Shown here: positions 15,571 to 29,425 of the stretch, in pieces
How positions within the stretch are numbered: position 1 is the first letter of the stretch
Layout: each line of letters opens with the position of its first letter
Origin: Eledone cirrhosa
Lineage: Eukaryota
Assembly: GCA_964016885.1 (NCBI GenBank)
Contig: OZ024742.1
Location: 109,368,001 to 109,432,000, forward strand
DNA length: 64,000 nucleotides
Direction of reading: 5' to 3'
Position numbers and translations under genes: made by a program
The notes under the pieces: generated by a model
Seen by the model: only the letters and a program-made list of their open reading frames with translations
Databases searched by the model: none
Told to the model about the DNA's origin: nothing

Positions 15571-16914
15571 TACCAAATAGACATAGGATTTCTCGTGTTA
15601 CTGAATTCATAGAACTATTTCGACTTCAACTTGAAAATATTTAAACTCATTTACGTTGCTAAATCCTTTGAGGAAGAAATGAATGCTATATAATCTTATT
15701 TCCCTCTCGTATAATACTATACTTATCTACCTCTGTATAGAATCAATATTTGACAATAGCCACATTGATGAGAAGGCGATTGATATAGGATATTGAAAAA
15801 AAAGAAGATTGTACAGAATTGTAAATTTTCAAGAATTTAATATTAGTCCTTTCATATCTTTATAGAGGCAATTGATATGTGTTAACATCGTCCTGCTAGG
15901 TCAAAGATTCCTGCAATTATCTCGAGAGGAAAGTCACAGCGAGGCCTAAAACATTTATTTCTATTTGTCTTTATTTCGTACTCAATAAAAATAATAAAAA
16001 AACAGAGAAGAATGTAGAGTAATGATATAGAAATTTTACATGATAAGAATGGAAAACAGGTCAATAAATTCCTAAGCTCTGTCAGTCAAGTAAATACTTC
16101 CAACCGAAATTAGAAATCTGAGAAACAGAAGTCTCCTCCGGTCGTTTCCTGTTAAAGTTTACATCTCATCAATTTTCCGTTGCACAGTAGCACACTCTAT
16201 TGACGAATCCTTTTATTATTTTATTTTATTTATTCTATTTCATTTTAAACCAGATCCGATCATTTTTCACTGGCAAGAATAAGAATAATTTAAAGCCTGA
16301 CTGCAGCATTTCCATCAGCAGTGGTGTAAACGACAATATTTTAACAGTAGCTAGAATAGACGACAGTAATATCAGCAAATGACACTTCAACAGCTGTGAA
16401 TGAAGCAAACAGACGACATTCACTTGTAACAGAGAAGAAGCAGCTTAAGAGGCGGACATTTTCCTTTTCTTTCTCCAGTGAGAAATCGATTTTTGTATCA
16501 GATTCTTTGTTGATACGTTTACACTTTTACTTGCATTCTTTATTCACATTTCTTTTACGGTTTCCTCTCGCTATTTTATTCAAAGATTTTCTTACTGACT
16601 GGAACAGGAAACAGTGAGTGTATTGTGGCTCTGTGTTTACCGAAGTTGTTAGTCCACTTGAAGAGGGCCTATTTATAAAACAACTCGGAATATTCACAGA
16701 TATTTTAAAATATCGCTTGATTAATTTTTTTTTAAACCTAAAAAATATTCAGAACTTGTGTGATTAGCTATCAATGAGAGTCCGGTTTCAGTACTATACA
16801 TACATTCATACATACATACATTCATATATACATACATACATACATAAATACATACATACATACATACATACATACATACATACATACATACATACATACA
16901 TACATACATACATA

Positions 16915-17203
16915 CATTAATGGAACAGTAAAAATATGTAAAACATTCCAAACATTTTGCATCTAATAACTGCATATACACATGTACAGATACAAAGCAT
17001 ATACACATGCACACATACAATTCAAAACATCCACATCCACACATACAATAACATCCATATCTACACATGCATGCATGCAGACATACATACATATCTACCT
17101 AGTTGATGTTGTGTAAATTCCAATGAGAGAGTCATGTGTCTATGTTAGAAACCAACTCTCTCTCTATTGGGAAAAAATTTGTGAAATTATAAAACCAGAA
17201 GAA
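16915..17203 (+). mobile_element. R4/Dong family B 3' end within (CATA)n
   Basis: Encodes INGTVKICKTFQTFCI* then the 3' UTR, as at 54258-54538. Confidence 0.9.
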
Positions 17204-17282
17204 CATACAATCATATGTATGTATCTAGATACATTTATACATACATAAATAGATACACACATACATGCATACATACATATAT

Positions 17283-18490
17283 AAGAACTAAGTGAGATGG
17301 ATGTTAGAACTCGAAAACTTCTCAGTGTTACTGGGAACTTTAACATCAATGGTGATGTGGATAGGCTATACTTCTCACGCAAGGAAGGTGGCCGGGGTCT
17401 AAAATCAATATTAACAACATATGAGACCCGGATAGTGACACTGAAGCAACACCTTCAACAGAGGAAAAAGGTTGGCAACCATCTTGCCCAGGTTTATGAC
17501 CATGAAAAAAGAAATATCATTAGAATAGCGACTGATCTGGAGGAGAGATATGGAATAAAGCCCGATATAAATCTCTCACCCAGAGAAATCGGAAGATCCT
17601 ATTCAATGTTCAAACAAGAAAAAAAAATTGACCAATTTACAGAAAAAGTTGTGCATGGATACTTGAGGCGTAAAACACAGACCATAGAGGGGATAAACCA
17701 CTCAAAAAGCCTGGCATGGAGTTCCGACAAGTTTATGACATCACACCTTGAGGGATATCTCTATGCAATACAGGAACAAGAACTCCCTACCAAATATCTG
17801 CTGCACAAAAGAGGAGGGCCAGCAGCTGACAATAAATGTAGGCTATGTAAAACAAAGATCGAGGATGTAAGCCACATTGTTGCCAGCTGCGAAAGAATGT
17901 CATCTCGCTACTACCTCCCCATGAGACACGATGGGATAGCTAGAACCATCTGGAACGCACTTCGGAAAACAAAATTAACAACAAACGAGGAAGAATATAT
18001 TGAGACAGATGGCACTAAGGAATACTGGTGGAACCTGAAAATAAAAACTGCCACCAGATTAAAGCACAACCGGCCTGATATTGTAGTTTGGGACCACACA
18101 TTGAAAACGTGTTCTGTTGTGGAGATCAGCTGCCCACTTGATGTAAACGTTGTCAGAAAAATACAGGAGAAGGAGGACATCTACGGACCATTGATGAGGA
18201 GTTTACAAATCCAGTATCCAAGATACACCTTTAGCTTCATACCCATCATTATTGGTGCTACGGGTTATATACCAACCCGCTTGGACCAAAGTATGACTGA
18301 ACTTGGATTTGCGGACAAAAAGCGCAGCTCCCTAATTCATAGTCTACAAATGGCTGCGATAGCTGGCACCTTCAAAATTTGCAAAACATTCTTGCGATTC
18401 AAGGGATGACAATTTCTTTTCTTTTACAACCTTGCCACCAGGAAGGTGGCCGGTCAAAAAAATATACTCAAAATTAAGAGAAAGAGAAAA
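17283..18490 (+). mobile_element. 5'-truncated R4/Dong-clade RLE non-LTR retrotransposon (family A), open 370-aa C-terminal ORF
   Basis: ORF 17297-18409: RKEGGRGL, CRLC..EDVSHIVASC (CCHC), RHD, RPDIVVWD..VVEISCP..K (restriction-like endonuclease); 3' UTR hairpin GCCACC/GGTGGC; CATA repeats at both junctions. Confidence 0.92.
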
Positions 18491-18514
18491 CATATACATA
18501 CACAAAAACGTACA

Positions 18515-19030
18515 TGGTGGCTGAAAACTCTGCTAAGAGTATTGCAATCGCTTGTCAGATTACAGGAAATGGTGCACCTTTAGGCTACGGCCAGCCACAC
18601 GAACCTGTAACATATCCTGAACAAGCAATCCCTGTGCTTTGAATGTTTTTTTAAAGTGGGGAAAGGCCTTGTACTCGACCAATCCCACTCTATGAGCATC
18701 GAAAACACTACCCGAAAAGAACTGGTCAACATCATCGAATGCTTCCGAAGCCGCAGGTTTTTTTTTTTCAGAATTTCCCTCTCTTAGAAAGATGTTGTAA
18801 TAACTACTAGGGGACTTTCACTCCCAGGGGGGAAAAAAAGTACTATTTGGATAGCCGTTGACTCTGCTGAGTTCCTCCGCCCTTTGCCCGGTCTTGTATT
18901 TTATCCCGCAGGGTGTCCAAATATCACCCTCCTCACTAAGCAAGCTTGGTGGGGTTACCGATTTAGTCGCCAACAACCCGACCATGAGACGGGTTATACT
19001 GGGTTATGTGTTACCAGTAGCACTCAAAAG
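18515..19030 (-). mobile_element. Diverged subfamily of the bipartite non-autonomous RTE derivative
   Basis: Shares the terminal ~150 bp (…GGGTCG/TTGTTGGCGACTAA…GAGGAGGGTGA) and the CAGCCACCATGT 3' end with the 608-bp element; middle differs. Confidence 0.75.
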
Positions 19031-19092
19031 CATACATACATACATACATACATACATACATACATACATACATACATACATACATACATACA

Positions 19093-19700
19093 TGGTGGCT
19101 GCCAACTCGTTTTCGAGTACGGCCACTACTTTATATCCATGTAGGAGAACTCCTACCGATGCGCTGAACAAGTGTGACTTTTTAGTCCAGCCAGCGACTT
19201 GAAAACTCTGGTACAAACACTACACTTGTGACAATTATTGACACATAGTGCTGGGCCCATAGTACCATGTGATGACAAGTGCAGAAAGATCTCCAGATAT
19301 AAAGCAATGCCTGTGCCGTGAAGCTTTTATAGTGAGCAAAGGCACTGCACAAAGCCAGTCCCACTCTCTTAACCAAGATGATATTTACCAAAAAGAAGAA
19401 CAAGTCAACATCATTGGATACCATCAGGATTGCAGGTGTTATATCAGAGTTTTCCTTCTCCTAGAATTCTGCCTTGACAAAGGTTAAGGGGTCATCTCTC
19501 CTGTTGATTTTGGATGGCCATTGACTCTTAAGAGCTCCTTTGCCCTTTGACAGGTTTTGTTTTTAGTCCTGCAGGATGTCCAAAGTCACCCTCCTCACCA
19601 AGAAACCTTGGTGGGGTTGCCAGTTTAGTCGCCAACGACCCGACCATGGGACAGGTTGTACTGGAATACATGTTACCAGTAGCACCAACTGGTGACCTGA
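19093..19700 (-). mobile_element. 608-bp bipartite non-autonomous RTE-derived retroelement, copy 1, (ATGT)n tail
   Basis: Minus-strand 3' end TGGCCGTACTCGAAAACGAGTTGGCAGCCACCATGT matches the RTE end at 23452-23490; C2H2 remnant [17 protein letters not shown]; RTE-like 5' UTR block CTAGGAGAAGGAAAACTCTG. Confidence 0.85.
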
Positions 19701-19807
19701 CATACAAGCATACATACATACATACAAACATACATACATACATACATACATACATACATACATACATACATACATACATACATACATACATACATACATA
19801 CATACAT

Positions 19808-22404
19808 CAGTCAACGCGATCAGTCACATATTTTGGCGTGGAAGACTATTTATTAAATTTAAGATGAATACTATCTCCGACAGTAATGCCACAACTACAG
19901 CCAGGTTGAATAACTGGTTATTCTTCTAACTATCCCTTCGGAAGACACCTTTTATTCGAATTCGTAGAGATATCCGACTAAATACATAATTCATTTTACA
20001 AGGATTTGCTACAAACAGCATGGCTGAACACAACATCAACAAGAAAGTTAAGGAAGTATCGAAGACAAATAACAAAGACGGTAATCAAACTTTATTCAGT
20101 TGTAGCTACAGAAGAAACCGAAATTATAAATCGCATTTCTCTTGGAGTTGCGAACTTAATAATGATTTATTTAATTGTTATAAAATGGCAAAAAATAATC
20201 CCTCCATTGGCTATATGAATAGAATGAAGCTACACTGGGACGAAATGCACCCAGAGCTAAATTATTTCACAGCGAAACAATTACGCCAACAAGCGACGTT
20301 TGTTGAACGTAAAAATAAGATAAATATTATTTATTGTAAGTCCCCCACAACAAACATGGAATCAACAACACGTGCTACAGATCGCCATGCTACTAGACTC
20401 CCTAGCAGCCAGGTCGAACAGCGCCTTGAAACAACTATGCCTGTACCATCTAAGTCTACCTCGAATGCTGGGGAAAACACTATCGATAATAATAATAATC
20501 GAAGAAATAATAATAATAATAATCGAATAAATGTGACACCACGTATACCATCCGAGTCTACCTCGACTGTTGTGGAAAATACTATCGATAATGATAATCA
20601 AAAGTATAAACAATTGAAAATTTCCCTCAACGAAATCTTCCAGAGAGAAATTAACTCATGTATAAATATCTCTCTGGCTGAACGTGTTAAAATGACAATG
20701 GTGAATAAAAAACCAAATAATGAAATACTACGTGTTATTGACGAAATAGGGGATGAATATTTACGACGGATAAAACCCCAACATTTTGGCAAATCAACGC
20801 CTGTTTATATGCCTTAGCAATGACAGTGAAACATTATCTTGGTGATAGCAGAGATATTAACAAGAACAAAACACCACCAAAAATACCATCATATATAACT
20901 AAAATAGAAAAAAAGAGTGCTGACCTACGAAAAAACATAGGACATGTGATAATGCTCCTTACATGCAAACAAATACAAAAAAACTCACTCGTCACCAACA
21001 GAGAGTGAAAAATAAAATAGAGACGATGTTTGGTAACAGTAGAACCAGAACTCTCCAATATAAGCTGATCACCCTCAAACAAGAATTGAGAGCTGTTAGC
21101 GAAAAACGCCGATACCTGTAGAAGGTAGATGAGAGAAAAATGCTTAATAAAAGATTCAGACGAAACCAAACATCAGTCTATAGAGATATGAAGGGCAAAA
21201 TAATAAGTGTCACTAAGGCCCCATCCCAGAAAGACATAGATTCCTTTTGGAGAAAAATATGGGGTGAAAAGAAGAATTTCAACCAAGATGCAGTGTGGTT
21301 AAGAGAAATCCGAAAGAACTATTGCTCCTACACTACAACAAAAACATACGAAATAAGTGAGGGTACCCTTGAGACTGTGATAGGAAAACTCCAAGATAAG
21401 AAAACACCAGGAAGAGACATGATTGTCGGCTACTGGTACAAAAAACTAATATTCTATCGGAGGTATCTTACTGACCTCTACCAACAAGTTCTTAAGGGAG
21501 AGACACTTATAACAGAATGGTTGACATTAGCACAAACATTACTGGTCCCCAAGAACAAAAACACCTACCTGGCAAAAAACTACCGACCCATTGCATGCCA
21601 GAACCTGATGTATAAGATGTATACAGCCTGCCTCAACCTATTCCTCCAAGATCACTGGGGAAATAATAACATCATCACAGATGAACAAGCAGCTGGAAAG
21701 AAAAGGGTTTGGGGATGTGCTGAACAACTCCTAATCAATAAAACTGCGATGTCGGAGGTGCGACAACTTAGGAGTAATATGGCTACAGTCTGGCTGGACT
21801 ACAGGAAAGCTTTCTATTCTGTTCCCCACTCTTGGATGATAGAGGCCCTCTGACTTGCTAAAGTCCCAGACATTATTATCAGAGCCATAGAGAAGCTGTC
21901 TTCTTCTTAGGCTACTATCCTAAAGTTAAAGACAGAGAAGGAGGACTCTTTTCACTGATAAAATAACATATCGCAGGGGTATATTTCAGGGAGACAGTCA
22001 CTCTGTGATATTATTCATCCTGTCATTAAACCCCTTATCTTTTCTGCTCAAGAAATGTGAAGGATACATCATTGGCTCACAGGAGGACAGAAATATGAAC
22101 CTAACCTATAATTTCTTTGTGGATGATCTGAAACTCTATGCCAAGAACATGGATGGGATGAAGAAAAATCTTGACCTGGATACAACGTTCTCAAAGGATA
22201 TAGGAATGGAGCTTGGCCAAGATAAATGCTCATATATGACTGTAAAGCGGGAAAAACAACAAACCAATCTAGCAACATTTGTATCAATGGCCTAACTGTT
22301 TCACCAATATCTGATGAACACTGCTACAGATATCTGGGGATAGATGAGAACATACGGAACGCGTAACCAGGGAATACTACACCCGATTAAGAAAGATATG
22401 GTCA

Positions 22405-22414
<10 letters not shown>
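19808..22414 (+). mobile_element. R4/Dong family B, 5'-complete and 3'-truncated, frameshifted
   Basis: N-terminal FSWSCELNNDLFNCY..GYMNRMKLHWDEMHP; RT motifs TPGRDMIVGYWYK, NYRPIAC, WLDYRKAF, GIFQGDS, FVDDLKLY, YRYLG; starts directly after (CATA)n. Confidence 0.92.
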
Positions 22415-23490
<1,076 letters not shown>

Positions 23491-23824
23491 TGTATGTATG
23501 TATGTATGTATGTATGTATGTATGTATGTATGTATCATGCACGTATGTATGTATGCACGTATGTATGTATGCATGTATATGTATGCATGTATGTATATGT
23601 TTGTATGCATGTATGTATATGTTTGTATGCATTTATGCATGTTTGTGTGTATGTATGCATGGATGGATAGGTGTGTATATGTGTGTATACATATAGGAGG
23701 AATACACACATACATTTATGCATGTTTATATATAAATATATACATATAGAGAAGGTGTCCCAAAAATGTATACACACTACGACAGAATTCTAATGAATAT
23801 ATGTATACATTTTGGGGGACAGCC

Positions 23825-23928
23825 TGTATATATATATATATATATATGTGTGTGTATGTATGTATATCTATATGTATATATATATATTTATATATCTATA
23901 TACATGTTTATACATATATATATATGTA

Positions 23929-23959
<31 letters not shown>

Positions 23960-24040
23960 GTGTGTGTATGTATGTATATCTATATGTATATATATATATT
24001 TATATATCTATATACATGTTTATACATATATATATATGTA

Positions 24041-24081
<41 letters not shown>

Positions 24082-24154
24082 ATGTATGTATATCTATATG
24101 TATATATATATATTTATATATCTATATACATGTTTATACATATATATATATGTA

Positions 24155-24190
<36 letters not shown>
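23825..24190. repeat. Three ~115-bp tandem units built from microsatellite-like sequence
   Basis: TATATCTATATACATGTTTATACA recurs three times. Confidence 0.8.
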
Positions 24191-24197
<7 letters not shown>

Positions 24198-24781
24198 TTG
24201 TGCGTGCGTTCGCGCGCGTGTGTGTCTGTATGTGTATGCGTATGTATATACACCTGTATGCATGCATGGGGATTATGTATGTGTGCTTCTTATAAACTAC
24301 ATTAATCATAAATTCCTTCTCTTTATTATTTTATTTATAATCAACCTACAAACCTTCCTTTCATTCCGTATACCAAACCGAATTGAAATAGTTTCTCCCC
24401 ACAAATCTCTAGATGATATATTTTTATCACTAAAATGTTGCCCCTACCCCCCACCTAGCATTTAAAGGAAAACTAAATTAGACGAGGAAGTCCAAAATGT
24501 CAAAAATAATATGATTAATTATATATTTTTATCCAGAGTAAATATGTCTATATATATATATATATATGTGTATATATATATACACATACTTATAAATATA
24601 AATATGCATTATATAAAATATATGTGTATATATATATATATAAAGACATTTGTTCGTTTCTCACGGCCTATATTTTCACGTTTCTTTGAAGTGGGCGGAA
24701 AAAATATTAAAGGGTAGAAAGACCGATTTACCTTCTTTAATGAAACCATCGGTGCACTATGTTAGAGACATTTCTAATTAA

Positions 24782-24842
<61 letters not shown>

Positions 24843-24864
24843 ATATTACTACTTCTTCTTCTAA

Positions 24865-25135
24865 TAGTGGTTTTCTGATTTAGGCACAAGACCAACACAT
24901 TTGGAGAAGGGGAAAATCGATAAAATCGACTCCAGTGCACTACTGGTACTTCACCCTTTCGAACTGGTACGGAAGAAAGGCAAAAGATAACCTCTGTTAA
25001 GATCTTCAATAATAAAAGTTTCTGATTTAGGCGCAGGGCCAGCAATTTTGGTGGAGGGGAAAGTCGGTTAAATTGACTCCAGTGCGCTACTGGTACTTTA
25101 TTTTATCGGATGAAAGGCATAGGTGAGCTCTGTTA
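24865..25135 (-). mobile_element. Two truncated family 1 SINEs next to (CTA)n
   Basis: Repeated TTTCTGATTTAGGC..GACTCCAGTGC.CTACTGGTACTT. Confidence 0.7.
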
Positions 25136-26617
25136 ATATCTTTAATTAATAAGAAAATGTATTTATATTTGTTGCTTTTTCACATGCATAAGCTAAGCAA
25201 ACTGCAGCTTAATACCTCAGCATCTTCAGGGGCCTAGATATATTTTAGCGGTATATATGTTTTCAAGTTTTGTGAGTCCTTCTAGTGTCATGTTTTAATA
25301 AGATATGTGTATTTTAGAGCCTTATGAAGTCTATACCCGAAATTGCTTTTAGTTATTATGGGTTAAATATTAAAGACACTGGACATTATGCCAGTCCATC
25401 GTAGGACTAACCCCGGGCTGTCGCTGGAACTCATTTTTAGCTAAGTGAACTGGAGTAATGTGAAAGGAAGTGTTTTGCTCAGGAACACAACGGGCCACCC
25501 GTTCCAAGAATATAACCCTCGACATTACACTCGTAAATCTAGCACTTTAACCCCTAAGCCGAGCGCTTTCTTAAAATTTATCTAACATATTCTGTGCTGT
25601 GCATAGATATTTATCATTGAATAAATTATTACGTATCTCTATTAGTTGTAAGCGCTATAAAACAATGTGTGTCAGCTTTTCGATAGGCAAAACTTAATTC
25701 CGATGTTCAGCAGATACAAGTTTAAGTGACTTATACGTTTTACACTACCGAATAAAACTATGAGCACTACAGCTAACTATTTCACTGTTAATACCTTTAA
25801 TTAATAAATAATATCTTCTTGAACAAGAAACCCGTTTTTATTTAAACCATCAAGCGGTGCAAGACACCAAGTCAGTTTTCTTTATTGCATGTAGATGTTA
25901 CAATTTGCTTTAATTGTTAATTTGAACACCAACGTTTCAACGCCTCTTCTCTCTTTTAATACGGTTTGTTTACTTATTGATGAGACTACACTAATTAAGA
26001 ATAGCTAATAAGGAAAGACAGACATTTGATTAATTAATTAATATAATATTTATTTTTATCTCCTTTTTGATTAGTCGTAGAAACGATATAACCGTGTTGG
26101 ATAGATATTACATGCGATTCTCAGACAGACGAATGCGATTTCACAACAGGCATTTTGTTGTTTATTTGGGCAGAACACTTCATACTACAAACAAAAAATT
26201 CATATGTTGTACTAAAAAAACAAATGTATTGGGCCCCTCTTTACTTGAGGTCTACGCACGTGATTATTTTACTTAATGGTTAACCCATGGTTGCACCTAG
26301 GGAAACTATGTAATGCAATGAAAATAAAGCCAATAGCCGGCCCCATAAAAATCCCTATCCAGCTCAGGAAACATTTCAATTACACACAACTAACGTAAAG
26401 CGGCGTAACTAAATACATCAGAGCTTCCGCACAATTTCTGTCTACCAAATTTCATTCATAAAACTATGGTAGAAAATGCATGCACATTTTTACTTACAAA
26501 AGCAAACAGTTAATGTAAAAAAAAAAGAAATATAGTCAGAGAAAGATGGGGATAGGAGTAACAGAACAGTAGGAGATAGAGAAAAATGTAGAAACGGAAC
26601 AAACTTATGTTTCATTG

Positions 26618-27613
26618 GACTGAGTTCAAATCCCGCCGAGGTTAACTTTGCCTTTCATCCTTACGGCGTCGTTAAAATAAAGTACCAGTAATGAACTGGA
26701 GTAATTGCTTGGCTTGTGTCAAAAGTAGAAACAATTATTAAGTTTAGAAGGGCGGTGAATTGGCAGTATCGGTAGAGCGTCAAAAACCATACTTCGTAGC
26801 ATAGAGCTATGGCGCTTTATGATCTGAGTTAAAATCCTGCCGAGGTTAGCTTTGCCTTTCTTCCTTATGGCGTCGATAAAATAAAGTACCAGTAATGCAC
26901 TGGAGTCGATTTAATCAACTTTGTCTTTCCCTTCAAATTGCTGGCCTTGTGTCTAAGGTAAAATAATTATTAAGCATAGAGAGTGGTGAATTGGCAGAAT
27001 CAATAGAGAGTCGGGTATCATGCTTTGCAGCATATAGTTACCTTCTGAGTTCAAATCCTGCCAAGGTTAGCTTTGCCATTCATCCTTACTGAGTCGATAT
27101 AATAAAGTATTGTAACGCACTGAGTCGATATAATAAAGTACTAGTAACGCACTGAGTCGATTTAATCGACTTTCCCCGCCCACAAAATTCTGTATGCCTA
27201 AATCAGAAACCAGGGTAGAAGGTCGGACGCCATGCTTTGACGTATGGAGTTACGGCCCTTGCCATTCTGAGTTCAAATCCCGCCGAGGTTAACTTTGCTT
27301 TTCATCCTTACGGGGTCGATAAAATAAAGTACCAGTAATGCACTGGATAATTGCTGGCTTTGTGCCAAAAGTAGAAACAATTATTAAACATAGAGGGCGG
27401 TGGATTGGCAGTATCGATAGAGCGTCGGTCAATACGCTGTGTGCCATATAGTTACGTCCCTTTACGTTCTGAGTTCAAATCCCGCTGTGGTTAGCTTTGC
27501 TTTTCATCTTCACAGGATCGATAAATTAAAGTACCAGTAATGCACGGGTGTCGATTTAATCGACTTTCCCCTCCCCTTCAAATTGCTGGCCTTGTGCCAA
27601 ATGTGTAAACTAT
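26618..27613 (+). mobile_element. Head-to-tail array of ~5 family 1 SINEs
   Basis: Repeated GAGTTCAAATCC-GCCGAGGTTA-CTTTGCCTTTCATCCTTACGG-GTCGATAA-ATAAAGTACCAGTAATGCAC units. Confidence 0.9.
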
Positions 27614-27615
27614 TA

Positions 27616-28478
27616 TCTATATATATAAAACTGAGGATATCTGTGTGAGTTTGGATCCCTAAAACTCGAGAAGCACTCAACCGACTGTTTTCAAATTTTA
27701 CACATGTAATACTTATGCTTCAGGGAGTGTTCTGAGCAAAAACAATTTCAAATTTTCAATGCCCTGGGGACCGCATTAGGCGATTTAGCGATCTCTCTCT
27801 ATAATTCTTAGTCTTTCTCTTTTTAGATAGATACATACATATAACGTCGCGCCCTTATAATATCTTCTGTATGTCTGACTGTCTGCATACGCCACTTCCC
27901 TGAGTATGTATGTGTGTGTGTGTGGATGTGTGTGTGTGTGTGTGAGTTTGAATCCCTAAAACTCGAGAAGTACCCAACCGATTTTTTGCAAACTTTACAT
28001 GTGTATTATTTATGTTTCAGGGAGTGTTATGCACATAAAATTCAACTTTTTGATCTCCTAGGGCCCGCATTAGGTGAAAAACTGCGTTTTAAAGCTTTTT
28101 AGGGTTTTTTGACGCGTTACGTCAGACCGATTTCCTTGAAATTGTAACTATATGTTAGTAACTATATGTTAGTCAGTCCGTGAGCAAAGAAAATCGAACT
28201 TTTTTATGGCCTAGGTGAAAAACTTCATTTTTTCAGCTTTTTAGGGCTTTTTGGAGGCGTTACGTCTAGCTGATTTTCCCGAAATTTCAAGGCATATTAT
28301 GCACATAAAAAAAAACTTATTTTCTTGATCCTCTAGGGCCTGCATTAGGTGAAAACCTGCATTTTTCCTGCTTCATCGAGGAAAATCCTAAAGATTATCC
28401 AGCCACCAGAGTATTCGGTTTATTTTCTTTACATATTGTCCAGGCATGCAGTTTTTCCACGCCGGGCACCACTGCTAG
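27616..28478 (+). mobile_element. Non-autonomous Helitron
   Basis: 5'-TC(TATATATATAAAA) start, CTAG-3' end, subterminal imperfect hairpin TGTCCAGGC..GCCGGGCA, inserted at A|T with no TSD; internal ~120-150-bp sub-repeats. Confidence 0.8.
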
Positions 28479-28658
28479 TTAAACATAAAACAATAATCAT
28501 TGCTTACTATAGTCATTGCTTATGTTATTACATCGTTTTGTAACTTTCTATCTCTCACCCCCTCGTTCTGTTTATCTCTTACTTTCTGTTTCTCTCTCTC
28601 TCTCTTTCTTTCTCTATCTCTCTGACTCTATCTTACACTCTCTCAGTCTATTTCACCG

Positions 28659-28732
<74 letters not shown>

Positions 28733-28889
28733 TTTCTACCTCCTTCTCACCCTTTTTCTTTCTTTCTCCCTCTCTCCCATTCTTTCTCTTCACTGCCTCT
28801 TCGCCCCCCCCCCTTCTCTCTCTCTCTCCTTTCTCACGTTTATTTTCGTCCTCCCTACTTTCTTTCATTAGTGTCGCCTCATTTGCCTC

Positions 28890-29272
28890 ACCACCAACAC
28901 AACACTACCACCATCATCTTCTTCACCACCAACATCATCATCATTACTACCACTCCTATCATGACTGCCACTACCGCCAACGCCACAATCATTATCTTTA
29001 CTACCCCCATCCTCACCACTATCACCTGCATCACCACCACTACTATCATTAACACCCCCTTCATAACCCCAACCACCACTACCACCACCATCACAACCAT
29101 CATCATCCTCACCACCACCCTATTATCACCAACACTAAACATTTCCCTCATCATCATCGCCATCATCATCATAATCATCATCATAACCATCGTCGTCATC
29201 ATCATTACCACCACCACCACCATCATCATCATCATAATCATCATCATCATCATAATCATCATCATCATCATT

Positions 29273-29312
<40 letters not shown>

Positions 29313-29420
29313 CATCTATCATCACTACCTCAATTATTACAACCGCTAACACTACCACTGCCATCGACCTTACCAATACTGCTATCATCATCATCGTCAA
29401 CGCCACCACCACTATTATTA
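28890..29420 (+). repeat. Degenerate (CAT/CAC)n triplet field
   Basis: Direct reading. Confidence 0.9.
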
Positions 29421-29425
29421 CATGA

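Noticed and set aside
15880-16700. Unique-looking sequence with a possible splice acceptor at 16253
   Set aside because: All + frames close quickly and no recognisable peptide or donor context was found.
19585-19700. Canonical twister ribozyme call
   Set aside because: The P4-like hairpin is not enclosed by P2 and P1/P2 pair poorly, so the topology does not fit.
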